Positions 1-11,471 of a stretch of DNA of 64,000 bases are shown here, one piece after another (within the stretch, counting starts at the first letter, position 1; each line of letters starts with the position of its first letter). Source of the stretch: Alphaproteobacteria bacterium (GTDB lineage: Bacteria > Pseudomonadota > Alphaproteobacteria > UBA6615); NCBI GenBank assembly GCA_009694135.1, contig SHVS01000006.1:14036-78035 (forward strand), in the 5' to 3' direction. The translations under genes were made by a program, and so were the position numbers. A model generated the notes under the pieces. That model saw only the letters and a program-made list of their open reading frames with translations, did not search any database and had not been told where the DNA came from.

Positions 1-702
1 GGCGGCGAGGTCGCCCTCAGCCCGGAGCAGGCGCATTACCTGCGCCATGTCCTACGCCAGTCGCAGGGCGACTCGCTGCATCTGTTCAACGGGCGCGACG
101 GCGAATGGCTGGCGCGGGCCGGTGGCGGCGGCCGCGCCGCGAGCGCGCGGGTCGCAAGCCAGCTCCGGCCGCAGGCGGGAGAGGGCGATCTGTGGCTCGC
201 GGCGGCTCCGCTCAAACGCACGCCCTATGATTTGGTGGCGCAGAAGGCGACCGAGCTGGGCGTAGCCCGCCTGATCCCGGTCATGACCGAGCGCACCCAA
301 TCGACGCGGGTGAAGACCGACCGGCTGCGGGCGATCACGATCGAGGCAGCCGAGCAATGCGAGCGGCTGACGGTGCCCAAGGTCACCGACCCCTTTACCC
401 TTGCGCGGCTGATCGCCGACTGGCCGCGCGATCGCGCGCTGTTGATGGGGGACGAGACCGGCGGCGGGCGGCCGTTGGCCGAGGTCGCGGCGACACTAGA
501 GGGCCGCGCTATCGGGATTTTGATCGGGCCGGAGGGCGGTTTCGCCCCCGCCGAGCTTGACGCGCTGGCAGCCGAGGCCTTTGTTACGCGCATCGACCTC
601 GGCCCAAGAATAATGAAGGCCGAGACGGCGGCCTTGGCCGCGCTAGCGGTAGTGCAGGCGATTGCCGGCGACTGGCGGGCGGAAGCACCCCGCCCCACAT
701 GA
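1..702 (+). CDS. rsmE: 16S rRNA m3U1498 methyltransferase RsmE (5'-truncated by window edge)
   Basis: Frame 1 open from base 1 (HYLRHVLR...); motifs [34 protein letters not shown]. Confidence 0.95.
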   Translation, partial: GGEVALSPEQAHYLRHVLRQSQGDSLHLFNGRDGEWLARAGGGGRAASARVASQLRPQAGEGDLWLAAAPLKRTPYDLVAQKATELGVARLIPVMTERTQSTRVKTDRLRAITIEAAEQCERLTVPKVTDPFTLARLIADWPRDRALLMGDETGGGRPLAEVAATLEGRAIGILIGPEGGFAPAELDALAAEAFVTRIDLGPRIMKAETAALAALAVVQAIAGDWRAEAPRPT

Positions 703-754
703 CATCGAGACGCACGCCAGCGGTTACCGCGGTGCCATACACGAAGGGGATAGG

Positions 755-2122
755 ATGTCGGGACCAGCCGTCGCGGATGCGACACCGATCGAAAGCAAGG
801 CGGATCTGGTCGCCTATGTCGCTTCCGGCGAAAAACCGGTCGAGCGCTGGCGCATCGGCACCGAGCACGAGAAATTCGCCTTCCGCGTCGCCGATAATCG
901 GCCGCTGCCTTATGCCGATGGGCCGGGAATCAAGGATGTGCTCGAAAAGCTGACCCGCTTCGGCTGGCAGCCGATCCGGGAAGGCGAAAACATTATCGCC
1001 CTCCTTGGCAAGAACAGTGAATCGGTCACGCTCGAGCCGGGCGGCCAAGTCGAGCTCTCGGGCGCGCCGCTCGCCACGATTCACGAAACCTGCGACGAGG
1101 TAAGCGAACATCTGCGCCAGTGCCGCCAAGTCGGCAAAGAGCTGGGCGTCGCCTTCCTCGGCATGGGGTTCCATCCGAAGTGGCGCTTGGCCGACATGCA
1201 CTGGATGCCCAAGGGCCGCTACAAGATCATGCGCGAATACATGCCCAAGCGCGGCGACCTCGGCCTCGACATGATGCTGCGTACCTGCACGGTGCAGGTG
1301 AATCTCGACTTCTCCTCCGAAGCCGACATGGCGAAGAAGTTCCGCGCCTCGCTGGCGTTGCAGCCGGTGGCGACGGCGCTGTTCGCCAATTCGCCCTTCC
1401 TTGAGGGCAAGCCGAACGGATATTTGTCTTATCGCAGCCACATCTGGACCGACACCGATCCCGACCGCTGCGGCATGCCAGGCTTCGTGTTCGAAGACGG
1501 CTTCGGCTATGAGCGCTATGTCGACTGGATGCTCGATGTGCCGATGTATTTCGTCTATCGCGACGGCAAATACATCGACGCCTCCGGCCAGTCGTTCCGC
1601 GCCTTCCTCGACGGCAAGCTGCCGGCGCTGCCGCGCGAAAAGCCGCGCTTCTCCGACTGGGCCGATCACTTGACCACGGCGTTCCCCGAAGTGCGGCTGA
1701 AGAAGTTCCTCGAAATGCGCGGCGCCGACGGCGGTCCGTGGCGGCGGCTGTGCGCCCTGCCGGCCTTATGGACCGGGCTGCTCTATGACCAGCCGACGCT
1801 CGATGCCGCCTGGGATTTGGTCAAGGATTGGACGGTCGAGGAAATGGTCGCGCTGCGCACCGAAGTCCCGCGCCTCGCGCTTGGCGCGCGCATCCGCAAC
1901 CACTCCGTGCTCGATTTCGCGCGCGAGGTCGTGACCCTGGCACGCCAAGGCTTGAAGAACCGCGCCAAGCTCGACATCTGGGGGCGCGACGAGAGCTATT
2001 TCCTCACCACGCTGGAGGAAATCGTCGATAGCGGCTGCACGCTCGCCGAAACTAAGCTCGCCGCCTATCACGGCCGCTGGCAGGGTAATATCGACCGCGT
2101 GTTCGAGGAAGGCGCGTATTAG
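755..2122 (+). CDS. gshA: Glutamate--cysteine ligase (alphaproteobacterial/plant type)
   Basis: [45 protein letters not shown]; ATG 755 after purine-rich AAGGGGATAGG. Confidence 0.95.
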   Translation: MSGPAVADATPIESKADLVAYVASGEKPVERWRIGTEHEKFAFRVADNRPLPYADGPGIKDVLEKLTRFGWQPIREGENIIALLGKNSESVTLEPGGQVELSGAPLATIHETCDEVSEHLRQCRQVGKELGVAFLGMGFHPKWRLADMHWMPKGRYKIMREYMPKRGDLGLDMMLRTCTVQVNLDFSSEADMAKKFRASLALQPVATALFANSPFLEGKPNGYLSYRSHIWTDTDPDRCGMPGFVFEDGFGYERYVDWMLDVPMYFVYRDGKYIDASGQSFRAFLDGKLPALPREKPRFSDWADHLTTAFPEVRLKKFLEMRGADGGPWRRLCALPALWTGLLYDQPTLDAAWDLVKDWTVEEMVALRTEVPRLALGARIRNHSVLDFAREVVTLARQGLKNRAKLDIWGRDESYFLTTLEEIVDSGCTLAETKLAAYHGRWQGNIDRVFEEGAY

Positions 2123-2146
2123 GCGTTCAGGCTTCGGCGGGCACCG

Positions 2147-2886
2147 TCATTTCCCCCCATGGCGCGGGAAAGGAATCGTTTGCACCAGAACCGCGCTCGT
2201 CCCGCTATCCGGTAACTTGACTTTAAAATGCTTGGTCGCAACGAGAAGGGCCTTCAGTGTCCTGAAGCCATAGTCGCGGACGTCGAAATCGGGAAGACGA
2301 TTCTGAATAATTTGCCCGACCTGTCCAAGATTGGCCCATCCGCTCTCATCGGTCGCAGCCTCGACCACATTGCGCAGGATTCGGAGCGGAATTTGCACCG
2401 GTTCTGCAGACTTGGGCTCAATCGCGTCCGCGCTCTCAGGGCCGGAATTGCCGCCCAGAATGTCGACATAGATAAACTTGTCACAGGCCGAGACCAGCGA
2501 CGGCGGCGTCTTACGCTCGCCAAACCCGTAAACGAGAACGTCGCTCTCGCGGATGCGGATCGCCGCCGCGTGAAGTCGCCGTCGCTCGATACGATGCAGA
2601 ATGCGTTTAAGCGTTCCGAATGCAGCAAGTCCATCGCGTCGAGCACAAGACCGATGTCGCTCGCGTTCTTGCCCTTGGTGTTATTGCCGTGCTGCATGGG
2701 AACGGTCGAATGCGCGAGCACGGCGCTTTTCCATGGTGCTAGCGACGGATTCGTGAAGTCCCCGTAGGCGCGGCGCACCGTCGCGACGCCGAGCCCCGCG
2801 ATCTCAGCAAATAGCTTGTCGAGGATGGTGTGCGACGTGTTCTCGGCGTCGATCAGAACCGCGATACGGAGTGACTGGTCGGTCAT
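2147..2886 (-). pseudogene. NYN (LabA/DUF88) domain protein with C-terminal OST-HTH/LOTUS domain, frameshifted
   Basis: IAVLIDAEN, RRAYGDF, GKNASDI, IVSSDGDFT; a 1-nt loss near 2565 shifts into AIRIRESDVLVYGFGERKTP...ACDKFIYV, then GWANLGQVG...PDFDVRDYGF. Confidence 0.8.
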
Positions 2887-2928
2887 CGAGGTCTCCTCAA
2901 TGTTGCACGACTGCGCTTGATGGCGCTC

Positions 2929-3855
2929 TCAATATCCGCGCCGGGGATCGACGACATAGAGCGGCGCTTCTCCCGCATCGACGCGGCGGATATTTTCCGC
3001 CACCAGCTCGGCGGAGGAGCGCGGATCGGTCACGCTCGCCACATGCGGCGTGATCAGAATGCGCGGGTTGGTCCAATAGGGATGCCCGCGCGGCAGCGGC
3101 TCGACGCGAAACACGTCCAGCGCCGCGCCGCCGAGCTGGCCGGTATCGAGCGCCGGAATCAGGTCTTCCTCGACCAGATGCGCGCCGCGCGCGGCATTGA
3201 TGAGGCAGGCGCCGCGCGGCAAATGCGCGAACAGCTGGCACGATAAAATGCCTTCCGTCTCGCGCGTCAGCGGCAGCAGGCAGACCAGGATCTCGCAGCC
3301 CTTGAGAAACGCGGCGAGCGCGTCGTTGCCGGCGTAACTTTCGACGCCTGCAAGCGTCTTCGGCGTTCGGCTCCAACCGCGCGTGTGGAATCCATGCGCG
3401 GCCAGCGCCTTCGCCGCCGCCCCGCCCAACTCGCCCAGCCCCATGACGCAGACGATGCGCTCCTCGGGCAGCTTGATCGGCAGGCCCTTCCATTCGAAGG
3501 CATGTTGCTGGCGCTCATAGCCGGGCAGGTTGCGATGGAAGCGTAGCACATGCGTGAGCACATGCTCGGTCATGCCGCGGGTGAGGGCGCGATCGACCAA
3601 CCGGCACACCGGCACGCGCGGCAATGTCGGATCGGCCAAAAGGTGATCGACTCCGGCGCCGAGCGAGAAAATCGCCTTGAGATTGCGATAGCGGGCGAGG
3701 TCGCCAGGCTTCGGCTTCCACACCAGCGCGTAGGTGATCGCCGCCTCGTCGCCGACGTCGGGCCAGACGCGGAAGTCGAGGTCCGGGATGCGCTGCAGCA
3801 ATTCCTCGCGCCACCAATCGGCGCGGTCCCAGGAGGATTTGAACAGTAGCGCCAT
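2929..3855 (-). CDS. ghrA: Glyoxylate/hydroxypyruvate reductase A (D-2-hydroxyacid dehydrogenase)
   Basis: SLGAGVDH, GLGELG, LPLTRET, INAARG, LDVF..EPLP, ITPHVAS. Confidence 0.88.
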   Translation of the reverse strand: MALLFKSSWDRADWWREELLQRIPDLDFRVWPDVGDEAAITYALVWKPKPGDLARYRNLKAIFSLGAGVDHLLADPTLPRVPVCRLVDRALTRGMTEHVLTHVLRFHRNLPGYERQQHAFEWKGLPIKLPEERIVCVMGLGELGGAAAKALAAHGFHTRGWSRTPKTLAGVESYAGNDALAAFLKGCEILVCLLPLTRETEGILSCQLFAHLPRGACLINAARGAHLVEEDLIPALDTGQLGGAALDVFRVEPLPRGHPYWTNPRILITPHVASVTDPRSSAELVAENIRRVDAGEAPLYVVDPRRGY

Positions 3856-3875
3856 GGTTCAATTCCGCGCGCGGA

Positions 3876-5561
3876 CTAGGAGCGCACGACGCCGGTCTCG
3901 ACCGCTTCGAGGTCAAAGGCGGCCGCGAGCAGCGCCTGGGTGTATGGGTGCTGCGGCGCGTTGAACACGCGCTCGGACGGGCCTTGCTCGACCACCTTGC
4001 CGTCCTTCATCACGATCAGATCGTCGGACAGCGCGCGCACCACACGCAAATCGTGGCTGATGAACAGATAGGCGAGCTTGTGCCGCGCCTGCTCGTCGCG
4101 GAGCAGATCGATGATCCCCGCCTGCACCGAGCGATCGAGCGACGACGTCGGCTCGTCGAGCACGACGAAGCGTGGGCGCAAAACCATGGCGCGCGCGATC
4201 GCAACGCGTTGCCGCTGGCCGCCGGAGAACTCATGCGGGTAACGGTGGCGCATTTCGGGATCGAGCCCGACTTCGGTCATCGCCTGCACGACGCGCGCGT
4301 CGCGTTCGGCGGCCGAAAGCGAGCGTTCATGCACGCGCAATCCTTCTTCGATCACCTGCGTGATCGACATGCGCGGCGAAAGGCTACCATAGGGGTCTTG
4401 GAACACGATCTGCATTTCGCGCCTGAGCGGCCGGAGCGGCTTCGACGGCAAATTATGGATCTCGTGCCCCAGGAATAGGATCGGCCCTTGCGAGGAAATC
4501 AGCCGCAGCAAGGCGAGACCGAGCGTCGTCTTGCCCGAGCCGGATTCGCCGACCACGCCGACGGTGTGTCCCTCGCGGATGTCGATCGTCACGCCGTCGA
4601 CCGCCTTGATGTGATCGACCGTGCGCTTGAACAGGCCCTTCTTGATCGGGAACCAGACCTTGAGGTCCTTGGCCTGCATAATCAGCTTGGCTCCGGCGAC
4701 GCCGGCGGTCTTTTTCCCCTTGGGTTCGGATTCGATCAGATGGCGCGTGTAGGCGTGCTGCGGGCGCTCGAAAATCTGCTGCGTGTAACCCTGTTCGACG
4801 ACTTCGCCCTGGTTCATCACATAGACCCGGTTCGCCATCCTGCGCACGATCGACAGGTCGTGGGTGATGAACAGGATGGCCATGCCAAAGCGCGCCTGCA
4901 GTTCGCGCAGGAGCTTCAGGATTTGCGCCTGGATGGTGACGTCGAGCGCGGTCGTTGGCTCGTCGGCGATCAACAGCTCCGGCTCATTCGCCAGCGCCAT
5001 GGCGATCATCACGCGCTGACGTTGGCCGCCGGATAGCTCATGCGGATAGGCGTCGAGCCGGCTTTCGGCCTTGGGCAGGCCGACCAGGCGCAAGAGTTCG
5101 AGCGTGCGCGCGCGCGCGGCCGAGCGGGTCAAGCCCTTGTGGATGAACAGCACCTCGTTGACCTGCTTCTCGATCGTGTGCAGCGGGTTGAGCGAGGTCA
5201 TCGGCTCCTGGAAAACCATGGCGATGCGATTGCCGCGCACGGTCTGCAACAGCTTGGGCGTGGCGCCGACCAACTCCTGGCCGCGATAGCGAATGCTGCC
5301 CTTTGGGTGGCGCGCGACCGGATAGGGCAAAAGCTGCAAAATCGACAGCGCGGTGACCGACTTGCCCGAGCCGGACTCGCCGACGATCGCCACCGTCTCC
5401 GCCTCGCCGATGTCGAGATCGATGCCCCTGACCGCGTGCACCGTGCCGCGCGGGGTCGCGAAATCGACCGCCAGGTTACGGACCGAAAGCACGGCCGACG
5501 CCGGATCGACCGCGCCCGTGCGGCGCGCCCCGATTCCCGGGCGATTGGTCGCTTGGCTCAT
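3876..5561 (-). CDS. yejF: Peptide/microcin C ABC transporter, double ATP-binding subunit
   Basis: Two Walker A (GESGSGKS/T) and two signature motifs ([16 protein letters not shown]); last gene of yejABEF-like operon. Confidence 0.9.
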   Translation of the reverse strand: MSQATNRPGIGARRTGAVDPASAVLSVRNLAVDFATPRGTVHAVRGIDLDIGEAETVAIVGESGSGKSVTALSILQLLPYPVARHPKGSIRYRGQELVGATPKLLQTVRGNRIAMVFQEPMTSLNPLHTIEKQVNEVLFIHKGLTRSAARARTLELLRLVGLPKAESRLDAYPHELSGGQRQRVMIAMALANEPELLIADEPTTALDVTIQAQILKLLRELQARFGMAILFITHDLSIVRRMANRVYVMNQGEVVEQGYTQQIFERPQHAYTRHLIESEPKGKKTAGVAGAKLIMQAKDLKVWFPIKKGLFKRTVDHIKAVDGVTIDIREGHTVGVVGESGSGKTTLGLALLRLISSQGPILFLGHEIHNLPSKPLRPLRREMQIVFQDPYGSLSPRMSITQVIEEGLRVHERSLSAAERDARVVQAMTEVGLDPEMRHRYPHEFSGGQRQRVAIARAMVLRPRFVVLDEPTSSLDRSVQAGIIDLLRDEQARHKLAYLFISHDLRVVRALSDDLIVMKDGKVVEQGPSERVFNAPQHPYTQALLAAAFDLEAVETGVVRS

Positions 5562-5585
5562 GTCCGCCCTTTCCCGCGCATCGGT

Positions 5586-6662
5586 TTAGCGTGGCACACT
5601 GGAGACCTGCTTGCGCGGGTCGAAGGCGTCGCGCACCGCCTCGCCGATGAAGATCAGCAGGCTCAACATCGTGGCGATGATGAAAAACGAGGTGAAGCCG
5701 AGCCACGGCGCCTGCAAATTGTTCTTGCCCTGCTGCAGCAACTCACCGAGCGAGGCCGATCCCGGCGGCAGGCCGAAGCCGATGAAATCGAGCCCGGTCA
5801 GGATCGTCACCGAACCCGCGGTGATGAAGGGCAGGAAGGTCATCGTCGCCACCATCGCGTTGGGCAGGATGTGCCGGAACATCAGGTAGAAATTCGGCAC
5901 GCCGAGGGCGCGCGCCGCACGCACATAATCGAAATTGCGCCCGCGCAAGAACTCGGCGCGCACCAAGCCGACCAGCCCCATCCAGCTGAATAGCAGCGTC
6001 AGGAACAGGAGCGAGAAGAAGCTGGGCGTTATCACGCTGGCGAGGATGATCAGCAGATACAGCCGTGGGATCGAGCCCCAGATTTCCATGAAACGCTGAA
6101 ATAGCAGGTCGAGCCAGCCGCCGAAATAACCCTGCGCCGCGCCGGCGATCACGCCGATGATCGAAGAGATGATCGTGACCGCCAAGCCGAACAGCACCGA
6201 AACGCGGAAACCATAGATCAGCCGCGCCACCACATCGCGCGCCTGATCGTCGGTGCCGATCCAGTTGCGCGCCGATGGCGGCGCCGGCGCCGGGGTCTTG
6301 AGCCCCTTGACGGCGGTATCGTAACTGAAGGGAATCAGCGGCCAGACCATCCAGCCCTTGGCGGTGATCAGCTCGATGACATAGGGGTCCGTGTAATCGG
6401 CTTCGGTCGCGAATTCGCCGCCGAACGCCGTCTCCGGATAGGCGATCAGCGCCGGCAAATAATTTTGACCGTCAAAGCGGACCAGGAGCGGTTTGTCGTT
6501 GGCGATCAACTCGGCGAACAGGCTGACGAAAAATATCGTCGCGAAAATCCACAGCGACCATACGCCGCGCCGGTTGGCGCGGAAATTGGCCAGCCGCCGC
6601 GCGGTCAAGGGCGTGATGGCGAAGCCAAGAAATGTGTCGCGGTTGTTTTGCGAGCGAGACAT
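5586..6662 (-). CDS. yejE: Peptide ABC transporter permease
   Basis: GTDDQARDVVARLIYGFR, VRAEFLRGRNFDYVRAARALG, GEAVRDAFDPRK. Confidence 0.9.
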   Translation of the reverse strand: MSRSQNNRDTFLGFAITPLTARRLANFRANRRGVWSLWIFATIFFVSLFAELIANDKPLLVRFDGQNYLPALIAYPETAFGGEFATEADYTDPYVIELITAKGWMVWPLIPFSYDTAVKGLKTPAPAPPSARNWIGTDDQARDVVARLIYGFRVSVLFGLAVTIISSIIGVIAGAAQGYFGGWLDLLFQRFMEIWGSIPRLYLLIILASVITPSFFSLLFLTLLFSWMGLVGLVRAEFLRGRNFDYVRAARALGVPNFYLMFRHILPNAMVATMTFLPFITAGSVTILTGLDFIGFGLPPGSASLGELLQQGKNNLQAPWLGFTSFFIIATMLSLLIFIGEAVRDAFDPRKQVSSVPR

Positions 6663-7792
6663 CAGACCTCGCGGGTCTCGAAGTCGATGCGCGGATCGAT
6701 GATTGTGTAAGTCAAATCGGAAATCAGACCGATGAACAGCCCAAGCAGGCTAAAGGCATACAGCGTGGCGAACATGATCGAATAGTCGCGATTGAGCGCG
6801 GCTTCGAAGCCCAAGAGCCCGAGTCCATCGAGCGAGAAAATCAGCTCGATGAACACCGTGCCGGCAAACAGGATGCCGATCAGCGCGCCGGGGAAGCCGG
6901 CGATGACCAGCAACATGGCGTTACGGAAAACGTGGCCGTAAAGCACGCGGCCATCGCTCAGTCCTTTGGCGCGCGCGGTGATGACATACTGCTTGTTGAT
7001 CTCGTCGAGGAACGCGTTCTTCGTGAGCATCGTCAGCCCGGCATAGCCGCCGATCACCATCGCCGAAAGCGGCAACGTAAGGTGCCAGAAATAGTCGCGG
7101 ATGCAGCCGAGGTCGGTGGCGCAGGCCGTGAAGCCGTATTGACTATATTCTGGCGACAGCAGCCCGCGCAGCGGAAACCAGTGGAAATACTGACCGCCGG
7201 CGAAGACGACGATCAAGAAAATCGCGAACAGGAACTCGGGAATGGCGTTGCCGATGATCACCGCCGCGCTGGTCCATACATCGAAACGCGTGCCGTCCTT
7301 GACCGCCTTGGCGATGCCGAGCGGGATCGCGATCAGATAGGTGAACAGCGTGGTCCAGAAACCGATCGTGATCGACACCGGGAATTTGTCGATGATCAGA
7401 TCGACCACCTTGCGATCACGAAAATAGCTGTTGCCGAAGTCGAAGCGCAGATAGCGGCCCATCATGTCGATGAAGCGGATGTGGATCGGCTTATCGAAGC
7501 CGAACTGCCTCTCGATTTCCTTGATGAATTCCGGGTCGAGACCGCGCGCGCCGCGATATTTGCTTGGGGCGCCGCGATCTTCGAGCGTCTGTTGCTGCTG
7601 CTGGTTGCGGATTTCGCCGCCTTCGCCGCCGCCGAAACGCGCCGTCGGGTCGACATACTCGCCCTTGATACGCGCGAGCAGGGTTTCGACCGGCCCGCCC
7701 GGGGCCGCTTGGGTGACGAAGAAATTGATCACCATGATCCCGAACAGAGTCGGGATCATCAGCAAGACACGGCGGGCGATATAGGCCAGCAT
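6662..7792 (-). CDS. yejB: Peptide ABC transporter permease
   Basis: MLAYIARRVLLMIPTLFGI, APGGPVE, YRGARGLDP, TARAKGL, DPRIDFETRE. Confidence 0.92.
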   Translation of the reverse strand: MLAYIARRVLLMIPTLFGIMVINFFVTQAAPGGPVETLLARIKGEYVDPTARFGGGEGGEIRNQQQQQTLEDRGAPSKYRGARGLDPEFIKEIERQFGFDKPIHIRFIDMMGRYLRFDFGNSYFRDRKVVDLIIDKFPVSITIGFWTTLFTYLIAIPLGIAKAVKDGTRFDVWTSAAVIIGNAIPEFLFAIFLIVVFAGGQYFHWFPLRGLLSPEYSQYGFTACATDLGCIRDYFWHLTLPLSAMVIGGYAGLTMLTKNAFLDEINKQYVITARAKGLSDGRVLYGHVFRNAMLLVIAGFPGALIGILFAGTVFIELIFSLDGLGLLGFEAALNRDYSIMFATLYAFSLLGLFIGLISDLTYTIIDPRIDFETREV

Positions 7793-7808
7793 TGATGTTT
7801 TGCGGGGC

Positions 7809-9680
7809 TTAGCGGAGCGCCGCGCGCCGCGCGGCCAGGCTTGCGTCCTTGGCCGGATCGACCCACCACGTGCCGAAGGCGGTGCCGCGTGACGGGATCA
7901 CCTCCGGCCGGCCGAAGTGGTCCCAATAGGCCAGGCGATCGGTCGCCAGATGCCATTGCGGCACGACGTAATGGCCCCACAGCAGCACGCGGTCGAGCGC
8001 GCGCGTGCGCTCGACCAGGCTCTTGCGGTCGGGGGCGGAGATCACCAGCTCGATCAGCTCGTCGATCACCGGGTCCTTGATGCCGGCGGTGTTGCTCGAG
8101 CCTTTTTCGGCGGCCGAGGCGGAGCCCCAGAACCCGCGCTGCTCGTTGCCGGGCGATTCCGACTGCCCCCAGCCGGTGGTCGTGATGTCGAAATCAAATT
8201 CATCCATGCGCCGCTGGTACTGCGGCACATCGACCGTGCGCACGCTGGCGACGATGCCGAGCCGCTCCAGGCGCTGCACGAATGGCAGGGTGTAACGTTC
8301 TTGGGTCGCATCATAGAGCAGGAATTCGATCTCGAGCGGCTGTCCGCTGCGGCTGTTGACCCGCTTGCCGTCGCGCACCACCCAGCCGGCGGCGTCAAGC
8401 AGCTCGCCGGCGCTGCGCAGATTGTTGCGATCGTTGCCGCTGCCATCGGTCTTGGGCGGCAGATAGGCCTTGGTGAACACCTCGGCCGGAATCTTGCCGC
8501 GCAAGCCTTCCAGAATCTTGCGCTCTTCGGAGTCCTGCGGCAGGTCGTCGAATTTGCCGAAGCTCGCCAGTGCGGAATTGGACCAGTAGCTCGGCGAGCG
8601 CGTATAGGCGCCGAAGAAGATATTGGCGTTGGTCCACTCATAGTCGAAGGCGTTATTCACCGCCTCGCGCAGGCGCGGGTCCTGGAGCTTGGCCTTGCGC
8701 GTATTGAACACGAACGCCTGCATGCCCTGCGTGCGCGAATGCTTGATCTCGTCCTTCTGGATCAAGCCCGCGCGCACGGCCGGCGTGTCATAGGCGGTCG
8801 CCCAATTGCGCGCGACGTTTTCGCCGCGATAGTCGAGATTGCCGCCCTTGAACGCCTCCAGCATGACGGTGGCGTCGCGATAGGTGTCGTAGCGGATTGC
8901 ATCGAAGTTATTGAACCCAACCGAGGTCGGAAGTTTGGCGCCCCAATAGTCCTTGACCCGCTCATAAGTGATCGAGCGGCCTGGATCGAGTTCCTTGATC
9001 TTATACGGCCCGCTGCCGAGCGGCGGGTCCATGGTTGAGGCGGTGAAATCGCGCGCCTCCCAGTAATGCCTTGGCAAAACCGTGAGCTGACCCATGATCA
9101 GCGGCAGCTCGAGATTGGTCTTATCCTCGAAGCTGAATTTGACCTTGTTTGCTCCGGTTTTCTCGACCTTGGCCACGCTCTTGTAATAGGCGCGGAAGCC
9201 GGGCGTGCCTTTCTCGCGCAGCGTCTCGAAGGTCCAGATCACGTCATCGACGGTGAGCGGCTTGCCGTCATGCCAGCGCGCGTCGCGGCGCAGGGTGAAC
9301 TCAACCCAGGAGCGGTCATCCGGCACCTCGACCGTTTCGCACAGGTGGCAGTATTCGCTGAAGGCTTCGTCCAGGCTGCTGACCATCAGGCTTTCATAGA
9401 TGCTGCCGATGCCGGCGGCCTTTACGCCCTTGACGATGAAGGCATTGAGCGTGTCGTAGGCCGAGATCGAGCCGAGGACGACTTTCCCGCCCTTGGGGGC
9501 GCTGGCATTGACGTAGTCGTAATTCTTGTAGTCCTTCGCGTATTTCGGCGCGCCATGCATGGCGATGCCATGTGCCGGGCCATTGGTGCCGCCGGCGGCG
9601 AGGGCTTTGGGTGCCAAGCCCGCGGTCAGTAACGCCGCCAGGGAGGCCGCTGCAAATGCCGCAATGCGCGTTGTCAACAT
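7809..9680 (-). CDS. yejA: Peptide ABC transporter substrate-binding protein
   Basis: Signal peptide; HGIAMHGAPKY, APKGG, PLGSGPY, SPGNEQR, ALDRVLLW. Confidence 0.9.
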   Translation of the reverse strand: MLTTRIAAFAAASLAALLTAGLAPKALAAGGTNGPAHGIAMHGAPKYAKDYKNYDYVNASAPKGGKVVLGSISAYDTLNAFIVKGVKAAGIGSIYESLMVSSLDEAFSEYCHLCETVEVPDDRSWVEFTLRRDARWHDGKPLTVDDVIWTFETLREKGTPGFRAYYKSVAKVEKTGANKVKFSFEDKTNLELPLIMGQLTVLPRHYWEARDFTASTMDPPLGSGPYKIKELDPGRSITYERVKDYWGAKLPTSVGFNNFDAIRYDTYRDATVMLEAFKGGNLDYRGENVARNWATAYDTPAVRAGLIQKDEIKHSRTQGMQAFVFNTRKAKLQDPRLREAVNNAFDYEWTNANIFFGAYTRSPSYWSNSALASFGKFDDLPQDSEERKILEGLRGKIPAEVFTKAYLPPKTDGSGNDRNNLRSAGELLDAAGWVVRDGKRVNSRSGQPLEIEFLLYDATQERYTLPFVQRLERLGIVASVRTVDVPQYQRRMDEFDFDITTTGWGQSESPGNEQRGFWGSASAAEKGSSNTAGIKDPVIDELIELVISAPDRKSLVERTRALDRVLLWGHYVVPQWHLATDRLAYWDHFGRPEVIPSRGTAFGTWWVDPAKDASLAARRAALR

Positions 9681-9747
9681 GGGGAGCTCCACCGTTTTCG
9701 CCACGCTCGGACGCTACATTAACACAAGCCGTGGCGAGCGCTAAAGC

Positions 9748-10539
9748 TCAAGCCGCCCCGGTCAACAGCGCTTGCGCGGGCGCCAGCAGCCGCAGGTCGC
9801 CGACCGCCAGAACCTGCCCGCTGCTGGCGGGCGTGATCGCGCGCCCCTGCCAATCACGCAGCGCGCCGCCGGCACCGTCGATCACCGGCGCCAGCGCCAT
9901 GAAATCGGTGGCGTCCAGGTCGGTTTCGACCACGAGATCGGCCCAGCCGCTGGCGACCAGCCCATAGGCATAGCAATCCGCGCCATAGCGCACGCGCTTG
10001 ACGCGCTGGCGCACGCGGCCGAAGGCTTCGCGCTCGGCGCCTTCGAATAACTCCGGATCGGTTGTGAACAGCTGCGCGTCTTCCAGGCGCGCGCAGGGGC
10101 GGCAGCGGGCCGGCGCGCCGTTAAAGGTCGTCGAACGGCCGCTGAGCCCGATCCATCGCTCGTTGAGCGCTGGATGGTCGATGATGCCGAGATAGGGCCG
10201 CCCTTCGCGCGCTAAGCCGATCAGGGTGCCGAACAGCGGCACGCCGGCGATGAAGCTCTTGGTGCCGTCGATCGGGTCGAGATACCAGACGAACTCGGCA
10301 TCGGGCCGCTCACTGCCATGTTCCTCGCCGACGATGCCGTGCTGTGGATAGGCGCGCGCGATCTCGGCGCGCATGGCCGTTTCCGCCTCGCGGTCGGCGA
10401 TGGTGACCGGCGTGGCGTCGGGCTTGTCGATCACCGCAAGGGCGCTACGAAAATAGCGTCGAGCGATCGAGCCGGAGATTTCCGCGAGGCGGACGCCGAA
10501 CGCGACCAGCGCGTCCGGGTCCGCGTCGCTCGAAGACAA
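9748..10539 (-). CDS. hisN: Histidinol-phosphatase, inositol monophosphatase family
   Basis: PVTIADREAE, GEEHG, LDPIDGTKSF, GADCYAY. Confidence 0.8.
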   Translation of the reverse strand: MSSSDADPDALVAFGVRLAEISGSIARRYFRSALAVIDKPDATPVTIADREAETAMRAEIARAYPQHGIVGEEHGSERPDAEFVWYLDPIDGTKSFIAGVPLFGTLIGLAREGRPYLGIIDHPALNERWIGLSGRSTTFNGAPARCRPCARLEDAQLFTTDPELFEGAEREAFGRVRQRVKRVRYGADCYAYGLVASGWADLVVETDLDATDFMALAPVIDGAGGALRDWQGRAITPASSGQVLAVGDLRLLAPAQALLTGAA

Positions 10540-10568
10540 TGGCGGCGGCGAAAAGGTGCCGCGCGGCG

Positions 10569-11147
10569 CTACTTGAGGGACTTGAAGTAAGCGATCAGAT
10601 TGACACGATCCGCCTCACTTTTCAGCCCGGCAAAGGTCTGCATTGGCGTGCCCTCGATAAGCGGCTTCGGATCTTCAAGGAACTCAGACAGATCACTTTC
10701 GGTCCAGGTCTTGTCCAAGCCCTTGAGCTTCGACTTGTAGTCATAGCCGGGCGCCGTGCCCGCCTTGCGTCCGACGACACCAAGTAAGTTGGGACCGACG
10801 CCATGCTTGCCAGTGTCAGCCACGCTGTGGCAGGCAATGCACTTCACGAAGACTTTCTTGCCGGCCTCGGCGTCGCCCGCGCCGACTGCGGCCATCTGTG
10901 CGCCGCCGGCAGCAGGCGCGGCGGCTGGTGCTGCTGCGGCTGGCGCCGGAGTGGCGGCCGGAGCCGGAGTCGTCGCCGGACGAGCGGCCACGGCGGGCGC
11001 CGGCGCGGCGCGCGCGGGCGCCGGGCTATGCGTGCCAACCGTTTCCTTCTCCGGGATGAGAAAATCGGCGATATGGCCGATCACCTCGGACGCCAACAGC
11101 GTCACCAGCACCGCACCAAGGATCTTGTTGATGTCGCCGGCCGACAT
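10569..11147 (-). CDS. Membrane-anchored class I cytochrome c (CycM/cy-like) with Pro/Ala linker
   Basis: N-terminal NKILGAVL anchor, long PAAAPA linker, heme motif CIACH, VGPNL, axial Met in GTPM. Confidence 0.9.
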   Translation of the reverse strand: MSAGDINKILGAVLVTLLASEVIGHIADFLIPEKETVGTHSPAPARAAPAPAVAARPATTPAPAATPAPAAAAPAAAPAAGGAQMAAVGAGDAEAGKKVFVKCIACHSVADTGKHGVGPNLLGVVGRKAGTAPGYDYKSKLKGLDKTWTESDLSEFLEDPKPLIEGTPMQTFAGLKSEADRVNLIAYFKSLK

Positions 11148-11471
11148 CGATCCCGCCCCAGCTTGACCGTGATTCATTCCCCGCGCCCCAATGTTTTGTC
11201 GAACGCCAAGTTTCGTCGAACGTCCAATCGCCACACACCGACCGACTGCATTTGCAGAGGGCCAAATTCGTGCCGAGATATGAAGTCGGCCTCAGCCAAG
11301 GTCAAATCCCCTGCGGGATGCGCCCGGCCCGTCCCAAAAACCTTCCCCTACACAACGGCGGCGCGAGATTATACAGCGCGTCCGACCGAGTCCATGGCCT
11401 CGCGGTAAAATCGGTTTGCCCGGATTTCAGCGCTGCCGCATGGTCCCGGTCGAAGGAAACAAGGGGGAACT

